Notes: generated by a model not told the origin, from the letters alone. Counted from the first letter of the stretch, positions 27,301 through 38,231 are shown. The stretch: 64,000 bases of DNA from Calditrichia bacterium (GCA_028284905.1 JANQQU010000065.1:68128-132127), one strand, 5' to 3'. Numbers and translations are program-made.

Positions 27301-27426
27301 TCTAATGAAGATAAAAATCAATTGTGAATTAAGCTGAAAGACAAGGAATTCAAACCTGTTTTGCAGCAGTTTTTCATTACACAACCATCATAAATCTATT
27401 ATCACTAAACTCAGGAGGTATTACAA

Positions 27427-28005
27427 ATGATTAAGTCCTTAAAGATGTTACTGTTGGCTGCGTTCTGTACGCTGGTTTTTGCCGGAGGGCAAGCAATTGC
27501 TGGAGAGTGTGGAGGCGTTAATCTCCCCGATAACATCTCGATAGATGGTCAGTCGATGATGCTCAATGGTATGGGCATTCGCAAAGAAGGCCAAACTAAG
27601 AATTACGTTGCTGGTTTATATCTTGCATTCAGAACATCGGATGCCCCCATGGTGATTAGCAACGACATGCCCCGTCGCCTGACCATGCGTTGGCTGCGCG
27701 ATTACAGCCTGGCTACCGCTTACGAAAGCTGGAAGCAAAATATTGAGAACAACCCGGCTTTGCAACTAGCGGCATACCAGGAGCGCATGGATAAATTGGC
27801 TGCCGCATTAAGCGATTTCAAAGCTGGGCAGGAAGTTGTTTTTAGCTATATGCCGGAGACGGGAACAAAAGTTATTGTTCAGGGAGTAACCAAAACCGTA
27901 ATTGAAGGGGCTGATTTTGGTTCTGCCCTGATCTCCATTTGGATCGGACCCAATCCTCCCAATGTTAGTCTGAGAGATGGGCTGATGGGTGGTCCCTGCC
28001 AGTAA
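27427..28005 (+). CDS. Secreted chalcone-isomerase-like family protein
   Basis: Signal peptide; MMLNGMGIRKEGQTKNYVAGLYL matches the bacterial chalcone-isomerase-like pattern (L.G.G.R......Y....Y). Confidence 0.5.
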   Translation: MIKSLKMLLLAAFCTLVFAGGQAIAGECGGVNLPDNISIDGQSMMLNGMGIRKEGQTKNYVAGLYLAFRTSDAPMVISNDMPRRLTMRWLRDYSLATAYESWKQNIENNPALQLAAYQERMDKLAAALSDFKAGQEVVFSYMPETGTKVIVQGVTKTVIEGADFGSALISIWIGPNPPNVSLRDGLMGGPCQ

Positions 28006-28490
28006 CTATCGGTTTGGGTAATTTTCTATTTGGTTATCCCAGGTTATGGTAGGCTATTTTATACATAGCGATTGATAGTTTTTTTCAATATCTCTGCAAT
28101 AAAGAATGAAGCATAAAGAGCTATAGCCTACAATAAAATTTGTACGAATTTTTCAAGAAGGGAATCCGTTCCACTATAGCGGATTCCCTTTTGTTTTTGA
28201 ATTCTCTCTCAAGTATTCCTTTCAGTTTAATACAATTCCTCACAGAACATCACCAGGGAGCTATCTATATTTCCTCAACTCATACTTATCATTCTGTCCA
28301 CGATTATGTCTTAATGACAGCCCTGGCAGAGATCATTGCCAAAATTTCTCACACTGAAAAATATGTGCAAAGCGCACAAATACTTATTTTTCATTCAATT
28401 AAACTAAATCCTTTTTTGTGGCATGTTATTTGAAGTTTATTGGGCGATCTATTCGCATTGACAACAGCTTTACTAGAAAGGATTTACCTT

Positions 28491-31133
28491 ATGAACCTGG
28501 ATAAATTTACCGTTAAAGCCCAGGAAGCACTAACCAACGCCCAACAATCTGTCATTACCCTCGGGCAGCAGCATCTTGAACCGGAGCATGTGCTGTTGGA
28601 ATTACTGCAGGATAATGAAGGGTTAATCAATACACTTTTCAAGAAAATCGGCACCGATGCCGGCTTAATAAAACGTCGCCTGGAAAGCGTCATAGAAAAA
28701 TTTCCGAAAGTCTATGGCACCCCTGGTCAGGTGTACGCCTCTCCCAACTTTAATCAAATGATCAACTACGCCAATAAAGAAGCGGCGGAGTTGAAAGATG
28801 AATTTGTTTCCACCGAACATCTCTTCTTAAGCATTTTTAAAGTAACGCAATCCGAAGCCAGCCGCCTCTTGAGTGCCAATGGCCTAACGAGAGAAGTGAT
28901 TCTCCGCGCACTGGTCGAAATTCGTGGCAACCAGCGGGTAACCGATCAAAATCCGGAAGGCAAATATCGCGCGCTGGAAAAATATGCCCGGGACCTTACC
29001 GAGCTGGCATTACAGGGGAAGCTCGATCCGGTCATTGGTCGCGATGAAGAAATTCGCCGGGTGCTGCAGGTACTTTCCCGTCGCACAAAAAACAATCCGG
29101 CATTGATCGGTGATCCCGGCGTGGGAAAAACAGCGGTCGTAGAAGGCATCGCTCAACGGATCATCAATGGTGATGTGCCTGAATCGCTTGGTGATAAACG
29201 CATTGTTGCCCTGGATTTGGGGGCGCTGATTGCCGGTTCCAAATTTCGCGGCGAGTTCGAAGAGCGCCTGAAAGCAGTGTTGAAAGAAGTACAAAATTCT
29301 GATGGACAAATTGTCCTTTTCATCGATGAAATCCACACCCTGGTTGGTGCCGGGGCAGCGGAAGGATCGATGGATGCTTCCAATATGCTCAAACCATTGC
29401 TGGCGCGGGGAGAGATTCATTGTGTTGGTGCAACAACCATCAACGAATACCGAAAGTATATCGAAAAGGATGCTGCATTGGAAAGACGCTTCCAGCCAAT
29501 CCTGGTTGAAGAGCCGTCCGTTGAGGACACAATTTCCATGCTGCGTGGTTTGAAAGAAAAGTATGAAGTGCATCATGGTGTAAAAATTACCGACGCGGCG
29601 ATTATCTCCTCAGCAACCCTTTCCAACCGCTATTTAACCGATCGTCGTTTGCCAGATAAAGCGATTGATCTTATCGATGAGGCGGCAGCGAAACTGCGCA
29701 TCGAAGTTGATTCGATGCCGGAAGAACTGGATGAAACCGAACGCCGCATCAAGCAGCTGGAAATCGAACTGGTTGCCCTGAAAAAAGAAAGTAATAAGGA
29801 GACCCAGGAGCGCCTGAAAAGCCTCAAGCAGGAACTGGCAAATCTCGGCGAAGAGCGTGACCACCTACAGGGCCATTGGCAGCTGGAAAAACAAACCATC
29901 CAAAAGATTCGGGAAAACAAAGCAGAAATCGAACAGCTTCGTCTGGAAATGGAAAAGATGGAGCGGGAAGGTAATCTCGACCGGGTTGCAGAGATCAAAT
30001 ACGGAAAAATTCCCGAACGGGAAAAAGATATTGAGGAATGGACCCGCAAACTGCAAATGATCCAGAAAGAAGTGAAAATGCTCCGGGAAGAAGTCGATGA
30101 AGAGCAAATTGCCGAAATTATTTCCCGCTGGACGGGTATCCCGATTTCCCGAATGCTGGAGAGCGAGCGGGAAAAATTGCTGAAAATTGAAGACCGTTTA
30201 TCGGAGCGGGTGATTGGTCAGGGAGAAGCGGTGAAGGAAGTCGCCAATGCGATTCGCCGCAGCCGGGCCGGATTGTCCGACCAAAAACGCCCTATCGGCT
30301 CTTTCATCTTTCTCGGCCCAACTGGTGTCGGTAAAACCGAATTGGCCCGGGCCCTGGCGGAATTTCTCTTTGACGACGAAAATGCGATGGTGCGGATCGA
30401 TATGTCCGAGTATATGGAACGGCATTCCGTTTCCCGGCTGGTCGGTGCCCCTCCCGGCTATGTGGGATATGATGAAGGTGGACAGCTCACGGAAGCCGTT
30501 CGTCGCCGTCCTTATTCGGTAGTGTTGCTGGATGAAATCGAGAAAGCTCACCCGGAAGTATTTAATGTGCTGCTTCAGGTGCTGGAAGATGGCCGATTGA
30601 CTGATAGTAAAGGCCATACCGTCAATTTTAAGAATACGATCATCATTATGACTTCAAATATTGGTGCACACCTGATTCTGGAAAAATCCCGCCACGTGAC
30701 CGATCAAAACCGGGAAGAAATTTTCTGGGAAATTCAGGAAGAAGTTATGAATCTGCTGCGGCAAGAACTGCGACCGGAATTTTTAAACCGGATCGATGAA
30801 ATTATTGTTTTCCACAGCCTGATGAAAGAGCACATTCGGAAAATTGTTGATCTGCAGATGAAAAATCTGAAAGGTCAACTGGCGGAACAACGCATCAATA
30901 TTGTCCTCAGCGATGAGGTGAAGGATCATCTGGCCCAAATCGGATACGAGCCTTCATTTGGTGCAAGGCCGCTCCGCCGGGTAATTCAACGAAAAATTAC
31001 CGATGCCCTTGCGAAAGAAATTCTCAGTGGTAATGCCCGCAAGGGACAAACAATTCACGTCAAATACGACAACTATCAAATACTCTTCGAAGTGATTGAT
31101 AGCGTAAAGAAGAATGGTGTTACTGTCGAATAA
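28491..31133 (+). CDS. clpB: ATP-dependent chaperone ClpB
   Basis: Clp N-domain repeats, two AAA+ modules ([13 protein letters not shown] and [15 protein letters not shown]), long middle coiled-coil. Start trimmed to [14 protein letters not shown]. Confidence 0.95.
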   Translation: MNLDKFTVKAQEALTNAQQSVITLGQQHLEPEHVLLELLQDNEGLINTLFKKIGTDAGLIKRRLESVIEKFPKVYGTPGQVYASPNFNQMINYANKEAAELKDEFVSTEHLFLSIFKVTQSEASRLLSANGLTREVILRALVEIRGNQRVTDQNPEGKYRALEKYARDLTELALQGKLDPVIGRDEEIRRVLQVLSRRTKNNPALIGDPGVGKTAVVEGIAQRIINGDVPESLGDKRIVALDLGALIAGSKFRGEFEERLKAVLKEVQNSDGQIVLFIDEIHTLVGAGAAEGSMDASNMLKPLLARGEIHCVGATTINEYRKYIEKDAALERRFQPILVEEPSVEDTISMLRGLKEKYEVHHGVKITDAAIISSATLSNRYLTDRRLPDKAIDLIDEAAAKLRIEVDSMPEELDETERRIKQLEIELVALKKESNKETQERLKSLKQELANLGEERDHLQGHWQLEKQTIQKIRENKAEIEQLRLEMEKMEREGNLDRVAEIKYGKIPEREKDIEEWTRKLQMIQKEVKMLREEVDEEQIAEIISRWTGIPISRMLESEREKLLKIEDRLSERVIGQGEAVKEVANAIRRSRAGLSDQKRPIGSFIFLGPTGVGKTELARALAEFLFDDENAMVRIDMSEYMERHSVSRLVGAPPGYVGYDEGGQLTEAVRRRPYSVVLLDEIEKAHPEVFNVLLQVLEDGRLTDSKGHTVNFKNTIIIMTSNIGAHLILEKSRHVTDQNREEIFWEIQEEVMNLLRQELRPEFLNRIDEIIVFHSLMKEHIRKIVDLQMKNLKGQLAEQRINIVLSDEVKDHLAQIGYEPSFGARPLRRVIQRKITDALAKEILSGNARKGQTIHVKYDNYQILFEVIDSVKKNGVTVE

Positions 31134-31229
31134 CATTAAAATTTTTTACCTCAAGAAACTTCCGGGAAACTCCGGGCGTAGAAAACGTGACGTTTTAAAT
31201 ACAGGTAATAAACTGAGAGGAAATGAAGA

Positions 31230-32747
31230 ATGAGTAGAAAAACCTGGAATGGATTTAGTATAGTTCTGGTAGCGGCAGGTATTTTGATTGGGATGATTCT
31301 GGCCTCCGGACTGGGACTCACCGGGAATGTAAATGCAGATTACCCGGCACCTTTGGAAGAAGCCGGTGGCGAAAATAACGCCAACGGTAACAATGACTTT
31401 AACCCTAATGCAAGTATTATCGCATTAAGCAATGCCTTTGCAGACGTCGCTGAAAAAGTGAATCCGGCAGTAGTGACCATTTCTACGGAAACTACCGTAA
31501 ACACCCGTAACAACTATCGTGGCACTCCGCTGGAGTATTTTTTCCGTCGTATGCCGGAAGACTATAAGCAGCGCGGCCTTGGTTCCGGTGTGATTATCGA
31601 CAGTCAGGGTATTATCGTCACGAATAATCATGTGATTGAAAATGCCGACGATATCTATGTGCGACTGATTGATGGCCGGAAACTGAAAGCAACCGTTAAA
31701 GGCACCGACCCGCGTACGGACCTGGCAATTATTACTATCGATGCATCTGATCTACCTTACTTGCAGCTCGGTAATTCCGATGATGTGCGGGTTGGCGAAT
31801 GGGTCCTGGCTCTGGGATCTCCCTTGGAAGAAGATTTTCATCATACCGTAACTTCCGGCATCGTCAGCGCTAAAGGGCGTACCGGTGTTGGGCTCACACA
31901 GTACGAAGACTTTATTCAGACTGATGCAGCGATCAATCCCGGTAACAGCGGGGGCGCACTGGTAAATCTGAAAGGTGAGCTCATTGGCATCAACACTGCA
32001 ATTGCCAGTCGCTCTGGTGGTAGCATCGGTATTGGATTTGCCGTTCCGTCTAACCTTGTAAATAAAGTGAAAAGCGATATCTTGAACAAGGGCAGGGTCG
32101 TTCGCGGCTGGCTCGGCATCGAAATGGATCTGAATGGCATTAGTCCGGAATTGGCTGAGATGTATAATCTGGAGACCAATGAAGGTGTAATGATCAGCGC
32201 GATTACTGAAGACGGACCTGCTGAAAAAGCTGGATTAGAACCGGGTGATATCGTTACCAAAATTGACGATAAAAAGATTCGTAATTTCACCGAGTTGAGC
32301 ACCCGGGTGGGTTCCACCGAACCGGGTACGGAACTCTCGTTTACGGTGAACCGTGAAGGCCGGGAGTTAGTGAAAAAAGTTGTGCTTGGAGAATTTCCGG
32401 AAGACGACCGTCTTCTCGCCAACCAGCGCCGTAATGGGCAAGGTGGTGCGAACACACTCCGTAATCTCGGTATTGAAGTACGCGATCTGAACGACAATCT
32501 CCGCAGTGCCTATGGACTGCGTGCGCGGGATGAGGGCATCATCGTAACCTCGCTGATGCAGAACAGTGTTCTGGAACAGGCAGGTATCCAGGAAGGGGAT
32601 TTGATTATGAAAATTAATCGCCAATATGTGGAGAACACGACTGATTTCCGGAATGCCCTTGGCGAACTATCTCCCGGTTCTGCGGCTGTTTTATACATCA
32701 AACGAGATGATCGCCGGCGGGTGATTGATTTTGTAATGCCCAGATAA
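31230..32747 (+). CDS. htrA: Do/DegP/HtrA-family periplasmic serine endopeptidase with two PDZ domains
   Basis: TNNHVI (His), DLAII (Asp), GNSGGALVN (Ser) triad and two PDZ regions. Confidence 0.9.
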   Translation: MSRKTWNGFSIVLVAAGILIGMILASGLGLTGNVNADYPAPLEEAGGENNANGNNDFNPNASIIALSNAFADVAEKVNPAVVTISTETTVNTRNNYRGTPLEYFFRRMPEDYKQRGLGSGVIIDSQGIIVTNNHVIENADDIYVRLIDGRKLKATVKGTDPRTDLAIITIDASDLPYLQLGNSDDVRVGEWVLALGSPLEEDFHHTVTSGIVSAKGRTGVGLTQYEDFIQTDAAINPGNSGGALVNLKGELIGINTAIASRSGGSIGIGFAVPSNLVNKVKSDILNKGRVVRGWLGIEMDLNGISPELAEMYNLETNEGVMISAITEDGPAEKAGLEPGDIVTKIDDKKIRNFTELSTRVGSTEPGTELSFTVNREGRELVKKVVLGEFPEDDRLLANQRRNGQGGANTLRNLGIEVRDLNDNLRSAYGLRARDEGIIVTSLMQNSVLEQAGIQEGDLIMKINRQYVENTTDFRNALGELSPGSAAVLYIKRDDRRRVIDFVMPR

Positions 32748-32780
32748 TCCTTTTAAGCAAATTTTTTAGAATTGGAAAGC

Positions 32781-32815
32781 GCATTCTTCGGATGCGCTTT
32801 CTTTTTGTACAAACT
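32781..32815 (+). terminator. Rho-independent terminator after htrA
   Basis: aaagcgcattcttcggatgcgcttt followed by ctttttg. Confidence 0.7.
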
Positions 32816-33178
32816 ACTTTGTGAAAAAAATATTATTAATTGGCATTGCTGAAAATTCTATGTAATATAAAAAGTGCTATCAGTACATCCGGGCGAGTGG
32901 GCGGCCGGATCATTTCAAAATACTACAATTAGTTTCGCCAGAAATTAACACTTTAGCGAGAGAACTAACCGTTCCCGGTTCAGTTTCAATTGTGGGGTAT
33001 CCTTACTTATTTAAGTTCCTAAATTTAGTTGTTTCAATACTGTATCAACATTTTAAAAAATGTTGATGGTCGGACAATTGCCATTAATTGTGAAATGCAT
33101 AAGTATATATGTTAGACCAGCTAAATAATCCGAAAAGGTGGCTTTGGTTTCAAATCGTAAATTTTTCAGGAGGTGTGT

Positions 33179-34180
33179 ATGAGTATTTTCGTGATGACAT
33201 TGGCACGGCATATTATTGAACAGGAACGCAAATTTCCACAGGCAACCGGGGCATTTACCAAGTTAATCTCCGATATTGCACTGGCAGCAAAAGTAATTTC
33301 GCATCATGTGAACCGGGCTGGCCTGGTGGACATTATCGGCTCTATCGATAACCAAAATGTATTTGGGGAACAGCAGCAGAAGCTGGACGTTTTTGCGAAT
33401 GAAGCGTTAATTCGTTCATTACGCTTTGGGGGAACCCTTTGTGCCATGGCATCCGAAGAAAATGAAGACTACATTGCAATCAGCGACGAATTTCCCCGGG
33501 GAAAATACATCTGTGTCTTCGATCCGCTGGATGGTTCGTCGAATATTGACGTAAATGTAAGTATCGGGACGATCTTCAGTATTTTTCGCCGGACTTCCCC
33601 GGATGAAAGTCCGGTTACTAAAGAAGATCTACTGCAACCGGGATATTCCCAGGTCGCGGCCGGGTATGTGGTGTACGGATCCAGTACGATGTTGGTATAT
33701 ACCACCGGCACCGGCGTTCATGGGTTTACCCTGGATCCTTCCTACGGTAGTTTCATACTTTCCCATCCGAAGATTAAAACGCCCCGAAAAGGCGCGATTT
33801 ATAGCGTGAATGAAGGTAACTATAATTTATGGGACAAGAATGTTCAGCAGTATGTGAACTGGGCGAAGCGTTCTGAGAGTGGCATGAAGAGCCGTTACAT
33901 TGGATCGCTGGTTGCCGACTTCCATCGCAATTTACTGAAAGGCGGCATTTTCCTTTATCCGGGTGATTTGAAAAATGCGAAAGGAAAATTACGGCTATTA
34001 TATGAAGCCAATCCACTGGCATTTATCATCGAGCAGGCCGGTGGCCGCGCCAGTAACGGCAAAGAACGAATTATGAATGTTCAACCGATGGAATTGCACG
34101 AAAGAACACCGTTGATTATTGGCAGTAAAGATGACGTAACGGTTGCAGAAGAATTTTTTCAGGGCAAGCATCAGGGGTAA
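33179..34180 (+). CDS. fbp: Fructose-1,6-bisphosphatase class 1
   Basis: MTLARHIIEQERKFPQATGAFTKL...KAGLVDIIGS...QQKLDVFANE is collinear with E. coli Fbp. Start set at the ATG 5 nt after CAGGAGG. Confidence 0.9.
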   Translation: MSIFVMTLARHIIEQERKFPQATGAFTKLISDIALAAKVISHHVNRAGLVDIIGSIDNQNVFGEQQQKLDVFANEALIRSLRFGGTLCAMASEENEDYIAISDEFPRGKYICVFDPLDGSSNIDVNVSIGTIFSIFRRTSPDESPVTKEDLLQPGYSQVAAGYVVYGSSTMLVYTTGTGVHGFTLDPSYGSFILSHPKIKTPRKGAIYSVNEGNYNLWDKNVQQYVNWAKRSESGMKSRYIGSLVADFHRNLLKGGIFLYPGDLKNAKGKLRLLYEANPLAFIIEQAGGRASNGKERIMNVQPMELHERTPLIIGSKDDVTVAEEFFQGKHQG

Positions 34181-34371
34181 ACATCCCCATTTCCTGAAAA
34201 ACAGCCTGTATAAGGCTTATAGCATTGGTAGCATCCAAAAAAGGGTTGATTTCATCAGCCCTTTTTTTTAACATGATGTGCTATTTTCAAGTGGGCTCTA
34301 AAGCATGAATCTGCTGTTGGCAAGATTGCCAAACAGTTGAAAGCGTTAATCATTTAGCAGCAAGGAAGATC

Positions 34372-35769
34372 ATGGATAAAATACTTGTAAAACAACTCTG
34401 GAGAGATCCAAAAACTTATATTGGAAAAACGGTTCACGTAACCGGCTGGGTTCGCACCCTGCGTAGTTCGAAAAATTTTGGATTTATCGAAATTAATGAT
34501 GGTAGTTTCTTTAAGAATGTTCAGGTCGTTTTTGATGATCAACTGGACAATTTTGCAGAAATTGGCAAATTTACGATTGCTTCATCTCTCTCAATTGAGG
34601 GGACAGTAGTAGAATCCCAGGGCGCCAAACAGCCTTTCGAAATTCAGGCGAGCAAGGTAACCCTGGTGGGGGCCTCCGATCCGGAGTATCCGCTACAGAA
34701 GAAGCGTCACTCTTTCGAATACCTGCGGACCATTGCCCACCTGCGTCCGCGCACCAATACTTTTCTGGCAGTCTTCCGAGTGCGTTCAATACTGGCTTAT
34801 GCCATTCACCAATTTTTCCAGGAGCGGGATTTCGTTTATACACATACCCCGATAATTACCGGCAGTGACTGCGAAGGCGCCGGAGAAATGTTTCGGGTAA
34901 CCACACTCGCCCCGGACGGCACACCGAAAAAAGACAGTGGGGAATTCGATTATACAAAAGATTTTTTCTCCAAGGAAACCAATCTGACAGTCAGTGGCCA
35001 ATTAGCGGTAGAAACGCATTGTATGGCCTTCCGCAACGTATATACTTTTGGGCCGACTTTTCGGGCGGAAAATTCCAACACTGCCCGCCATGCATCGGAG
35101 TTTTGGATGATCGAGCCGGAAATTGCTTTTGCCGATCTTAATGATGATATGGATCTTGCGGAAGATATGACCAAATACATCCTCAATTTTGTGCTGGAAA
35201 AAGCCCCGGAAGAAATGGAATTTTTTGCCCGCTGGATCGATAAATCGAAGCAACTGATGCAACGCCTGGATAATGTGATTAACTCGGAATTTGCACGTAT
35301 TACCTATACTGAAGCAATTGAACATCTTGGAAAGGCGAAGCAGTCGTTTGAGTATCCGGTGAGTTGGGGCAGTGATTTACAGACTGAACATGAGCGTTAC
35401 CTGACTGAGAAAGTGTTCAAAAAGCCGGTATTTGTAACGGACTACCCGAAAGAGATCAAAGCATTCTACATGCGCATGAACGACGATAATAAAACTGTGG
35501 CTGCCATGGACTTGCTAGTGCCCGGTGTCGGTGAATTGATCGGCGGTAGCCAGCGTGAAGAGCGGTATGATGTCCTCCTGAACCGTATTCGCGAAATGGG
35601 CCTCGATGAAAAAGATTACTGGTGGTATCTCGATACTCGTCGCTATGGTAGTGTGCCTCACGCTGGTTACGGACTTGGTTTTTCCCGGGCGATTATGTAT
35701 TTAACCGCGATGGAAAATATCCGGGACGTCATTCCTTTTCCAAGAACGCCGAGAAATGCGGATTTTTAA
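34372..35769 (+). CDS. asnS: Asparagine--tRNA ligase
   Basis: 465 aa. Class IIb N-terminal OB fold ([25 protein letters not shown]), motif 2 [19 protein letters not shown], motif 3 [14 protein letters not shown]. Confidence 0.9.
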   Translation: MDKILVKQLWRDPKTYIGKTVHVTGWVRTLRSSKNFGFIEINDGSFFKNVQVVFDDQLDNFAEIGKFTIASSLSIEGTVVESQGAKQPFEIQASKVTLVGASDPEYPLQKKRHSFEYLRTIAHLRPRTNTFLAVFRVRSILAYAIHQFFQERDFVYTHTPIITGSDCEGAGEMFRVTTLAPDGTPKKDSGEFDYTKDFFSKETNLTVSGQLAVETHCMAFRNVYTFGPTFRAENSNTARHASEFWMIEPEIAFADLNDDMDLAEDMTKYILNFVLEKAPEEMEFFARWIDKSKQLMQRLDNVINSEFARITYTEAIEHLGKAKQSFEYPVSWGSDLQTEHERYLTEKVFKKPVFVTDYPKEIKAFYMRMNDDNKTVAAMDLLVPGVGELIGGSQREERYDVLLNRIREMGLDEKDYWWYLDTRRYGSVPHAGYGLGFSRAIMYLTAMENIRDVIPFPRTPRNADF

Positions 35770-36242
35770 TGATTGCTGGTAAACGGCAGAAAATTATCGG
35801 TGTAATCGGCGGGCGGCAATGCTCGGAAGAACATTATGAGATGGCCGAAACGGTTGGCCGTCTTATCGCCGAAGCCGGCGGTATCGTTCTTTGTGGCGGT
35901 GCCGGTGGCATTATGGAGGCAGCCTGCAAAGGCGCCGCGGCGGGCGGCGGCACTTCGGTTGGGATTTTACCCGGCAAACTGCTGACAGATGCTAACCCTT
36001 ACGTGACTATTCCAATTGCAACCGGTATGGGGATTGGCCGGAATATTATCATCGCCCAAACTGCCCAGGCTTTGATAGCCGTCAATGGTAGTTATGGTAC
36101 ACTTTCCGAAATTGCCTATGGGCTGCAGCTAAACCGCCCGGTATTTACCTTACAATCCTGGGATGAAATTTCCGGGGTAAAAACCGTCGCCAGCCCGGAA
36201 GAAGCAGTTCAGAAAGCTTTTAAAGCAGTAAAAAATCGTTAG
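35769..36242 (+). CDS. TIGR00725-family / LOG-like Rossmann-fold protein
   Basis: GGAGGIMEAACKGA ... GSYGTLSE (LOG PGGxGTxxE-like motif). 157 aa. Confidence 0.7.
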   Translation: MIAGKRQKIIGVIGGRQCSEEHYEMAETVGRLIAEAGGIVLCGGAGGIMEAACKGAAAGGGTSVGILPGKLLTDANPYVTIPIATGMGIGRNIIIAQTAQALIAVNGSYGTLSEIAYGLQLNRPVFTLQSWDEISGVKTVASPEEAVQKAFKAVKNR

Positions 36243-36258
36243 AATAGAAGGACCTTGT

Positions 36259-36540
36259 ATGGCGGGAAGTACAGCCTTTAAAGCCATTGTGCGCGGCACA
36301 GTGCAGGGCGTTGGCTTTCGTTATTTCACTATGCGCCAGGCACAAAAATTGGGCGTAACCGGCTATGTTCGAAACCTGCCCAATGGTGATGTAGAAGTTT
36401 GCGCCGAGGGTGATCAGGAAACGTTAATTTCATTACTGGCGGCAGTTAAGCGGGGACCATTAGGAGCGTATGTGCAGGATGTAAATGTTGACTGGCAAAA
36501 CGCCAGCGAACAGTATCCGGATTTCCGCATCACCTATTAA
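36259..36540 (+). CDS. acyP: Acylphosphatase
   Basis: VRGTVQGVGFRYFT and GYVRNLPNGDVEV signatures, 93 aa. Confidence 0.85.
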   Translation: MAGSTAFKAIVRGTVQGVGFRYFTMRQAQKLGVTGYVRNLPNGDVEVCAEGDQETLISLLAAVKRGPLGAYVQDVNVDWQNASEQYPDFRITY

Positions 36541-36627
36541 AAGTTAGTGACGGAAATAGTTGGTCGCCGATTATACAACAGCGCATAAATTAGCACGGCA
36601 AATATATTCAACCCTTGAGGAGCGATC

Positions 36628-37149
36628 ATGATTGAATTTGAATCTCACATCCGTAACGTGCCGGATTTTCCAATCAAAGGCATTCAATTTAAGGATATTA
36701 CCACTTTATTAAGTGATGGCGAAGTTTTCTCGAATGCTGTCGACTATATGTATGATCACTTTCGCAATGCCGAGATTACCAAGATAGTCGGTATCGAATC
36801 ACGAGGATTTATCTTTGGTGCAGCGCTTTCCTACAAATTAAACCTCGGTTTTATTCCGGTGCGTAAGCCGGGGAAATTACCGGCAGATACCCTGGTGGAA
36901 GAATATCAACTGGAGTATGGTAAAGACAGTCTGGAAATCCACATGGATGCTTTGGGGAATGATGACCGGGTGCTGATTGTCGATGATCTACTGGCTACCG
37001 GTGGCACCGCAGCTGCAACCTGCAATCTCTGTGAACGTTTGGGCGCAAAGGTCTTAGGATTAGCATTCCTGATTGAGCTGGTCGATTTAAACGGCCGGGC
37101 AAAACTGGAAGGGCAGGATGTTCAGGCATTAATCAAATATAGTGGGTAA
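36628..37149 (+). CDS. apt: Adenine phosphoribosyltransferase
   Basis: PRPP-binding motif VLIVDDLLATGGTAAA. 173 aa, collinear with Apt. Confidence 0.9.
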   Translation: MIEFESHIRNVPDFPIKGIQFKDITTLLSDGEVFSNAVDYMYDHFRNAEITKIVGIESRGFIFGAALSYKLNLGFIPVRKPGKLPADTLVEEYQLEYGKDSLEIHMDALGNDDRVLIVDDLLATGGTAAATCNLCERLGAKVLGLAFLIELVDLNGRAKLEGQDVQALIKYSG

Positions 37150-37151
37150 TT

Positions 37152-37496
37152 TTATTGCTGTCCGGTTGAATCCGGCACTGTATCCAACTTTACTTCCAGA
37201 AATAGTATTACGTGGCCGGTATAAATTTCTCGGTAAATTATACCGGTTTCTTTTAATACTTTCGGCATTACCTCCCTGAATGGCTGGCGTTGAATATGCG
37301 TCGTCACTACTATACTATCCACGATTTGATCCATGTAAGAAAAGGTCTTCTGAAAGTGAATGCCGATGTCCCCAATTACTTTTTTTAAGGGGGTATCAAT
37401 ATAACGCGCTGACATTAGCGGACCGTCACTATCCTGCTTAAAAAATCCCCCCGCCAGCAATATGCCGATTAAAAATAATAATACAGGTCTGATCAT
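37152..37496 (-). CDS. Small membrane-anchored hypothetical protein downstream of the ECF sigma (possible anti-sigma or regulatory partner)
   Basis: N-terminal TM/signal MIRPVLLFLIGILLAGGFF. No recognisable motif. Last gene of a co-directional string. Confidence 0.35.
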   Translation of the reverse strand: MIRPVLLFLIGILLAGGFFKQDSDGPLMSARYIDTPLKKVIGDIGIHFQKTFSYMDQIVDSIVVTTHIQRQPFREVMPKVLKETGIIYREIYTGHVILFLEVKLDTVPDSTGQQ

Positions 37497-37625
37497 CTTA
37501 TACCTCCGGGCTATTGATCCTTTCCCGTATTACACTTGTAAATGAAAATTCCCCGATAGGGATTTAAGAGAAATGTATTGCCGTAATTCAAAGCGGTGAA
37601 AAGGGGGAGGAGTGAGTGGCGAAAA

Positions 37626-38231
37626 TTAACGAGAGTAATCCAGTAATGCCTGGCGCAGAAGCTTCAAGGATTTGCCAATATGACTTTCCACCGTCTTGAT
37701 ACTGATATCCAGGCGGGCAGCAATTTCTTTATAGGACAAATTTTCCATTCGGCTTAACTGGAAAACGATTCTGCTTTTTTCCGGTAAATGATTTATCGCT
37801 GATAAAATGGCCTCATCGAATTCTACCTGCTCAAGCAGTTGTTCCGGTGAGCTTTCCGCTAAATTCTCGGAAAATAAGCGGGTATTCTCTTGATGCTTGC
37901 GAACGATTTTCGAATGCCGTATATGGTTCAGCGTAAGATTGTTCGCGATGGTATACAGATAGGATTTTATCGAGCGCCCCGGTTGAACATCGCTGCGATT
38001 TTCCCATAGCTTCACAAATACTTCCTGGGTGATGTCTTCTGCAGTATCAGCATCGGCAAGTTTGTAACTGACAAAGCGGTGAATTGGCCGGTTAAATATA
38101 TCAAACAGTTTCCGAAAGGCAGAGACATCGGACATGCGCAGTTGACGAGCCAAATCCGAAAGCTCTTCTGCGGAAACGGTTAGCAGCAGAAATAAAAAAA
38201 GAATTGTTGTAGACAGAAGAAAAATGATCAA
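37626..38231 (-). CDS. ECF-type sigma-70 family factor (Bacteroidetes-like)
   Basis: Region 2 FRKLFDIFNRPIHRFVSYKL...DITQEVFVKLW. Region 4 LPEKSRIVFQLSRMENLSYKEIAARLDISIKTVESHI. The true start may be the internal Met at 38135 (MSDVSAFRKLF). The 32-aa hydrophobic N-terminal extension in the ORF is doubtful. Confidence 0.8.
   Translation of the reverse strand: MIIFLLSTTILFLFLLLTVSAEELSDLARQLRMSDVSAFRKLFDIFNRPIHRFVSYKLADADTAEDITQEVFVKLWENRSDVQPGRSIKSYLYTIANNLTLNHIRHSKIVRKHQENTRLFSENLAESSPEQLLEQVEFDEAILSAINHLPEKSRIVFQLSRMENLSYKEIAARLDISIKTVESHIGKSLKLLRQALLDYSR

Noticed and set aside
21931-27420. Intact integrative mobile element at the tRNA
   Set aside because: Att-like tRNA repeats and a low-GC island are present, but no integrase, excisionase, transposase or phage genes are in the window. 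Only a remnant island is supported.
28140-28433. 97-aa plus-strand ORF upstream of clpB
   Set aside because: It is AT-rich with no RBS and no recognisable domain, and it occupies the probable clpB promoter/leader region. It is probably non-coding, though a small protein cannot be excluded.
32748-33178. Possible tRNA or ncRNA in the 430-bp htrA-fbp intergenic region
   Set aside because: A GGTTC-like motif is present, but no acceptor-stem or T-arm pairing could be built. Only a terminator and a palindromic operator-like site are supported.
37626-38231. 32-aa hydrophobic N-terminal extension of the ECF sigma ORF (MIIFLLSTTILFLFLLLTVSAEEL...)
   Set aside because: ECF sigma factors are cytoplasmic and normally begin at region 1.1/2. 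The internal Met at 38135 (MSDVSAFRKLF) gives a canonical sigma. The extension may simply be an open frame overlapping the upstream gene's 3' end, although the ATG/stop overlap keeps some uncertainty.
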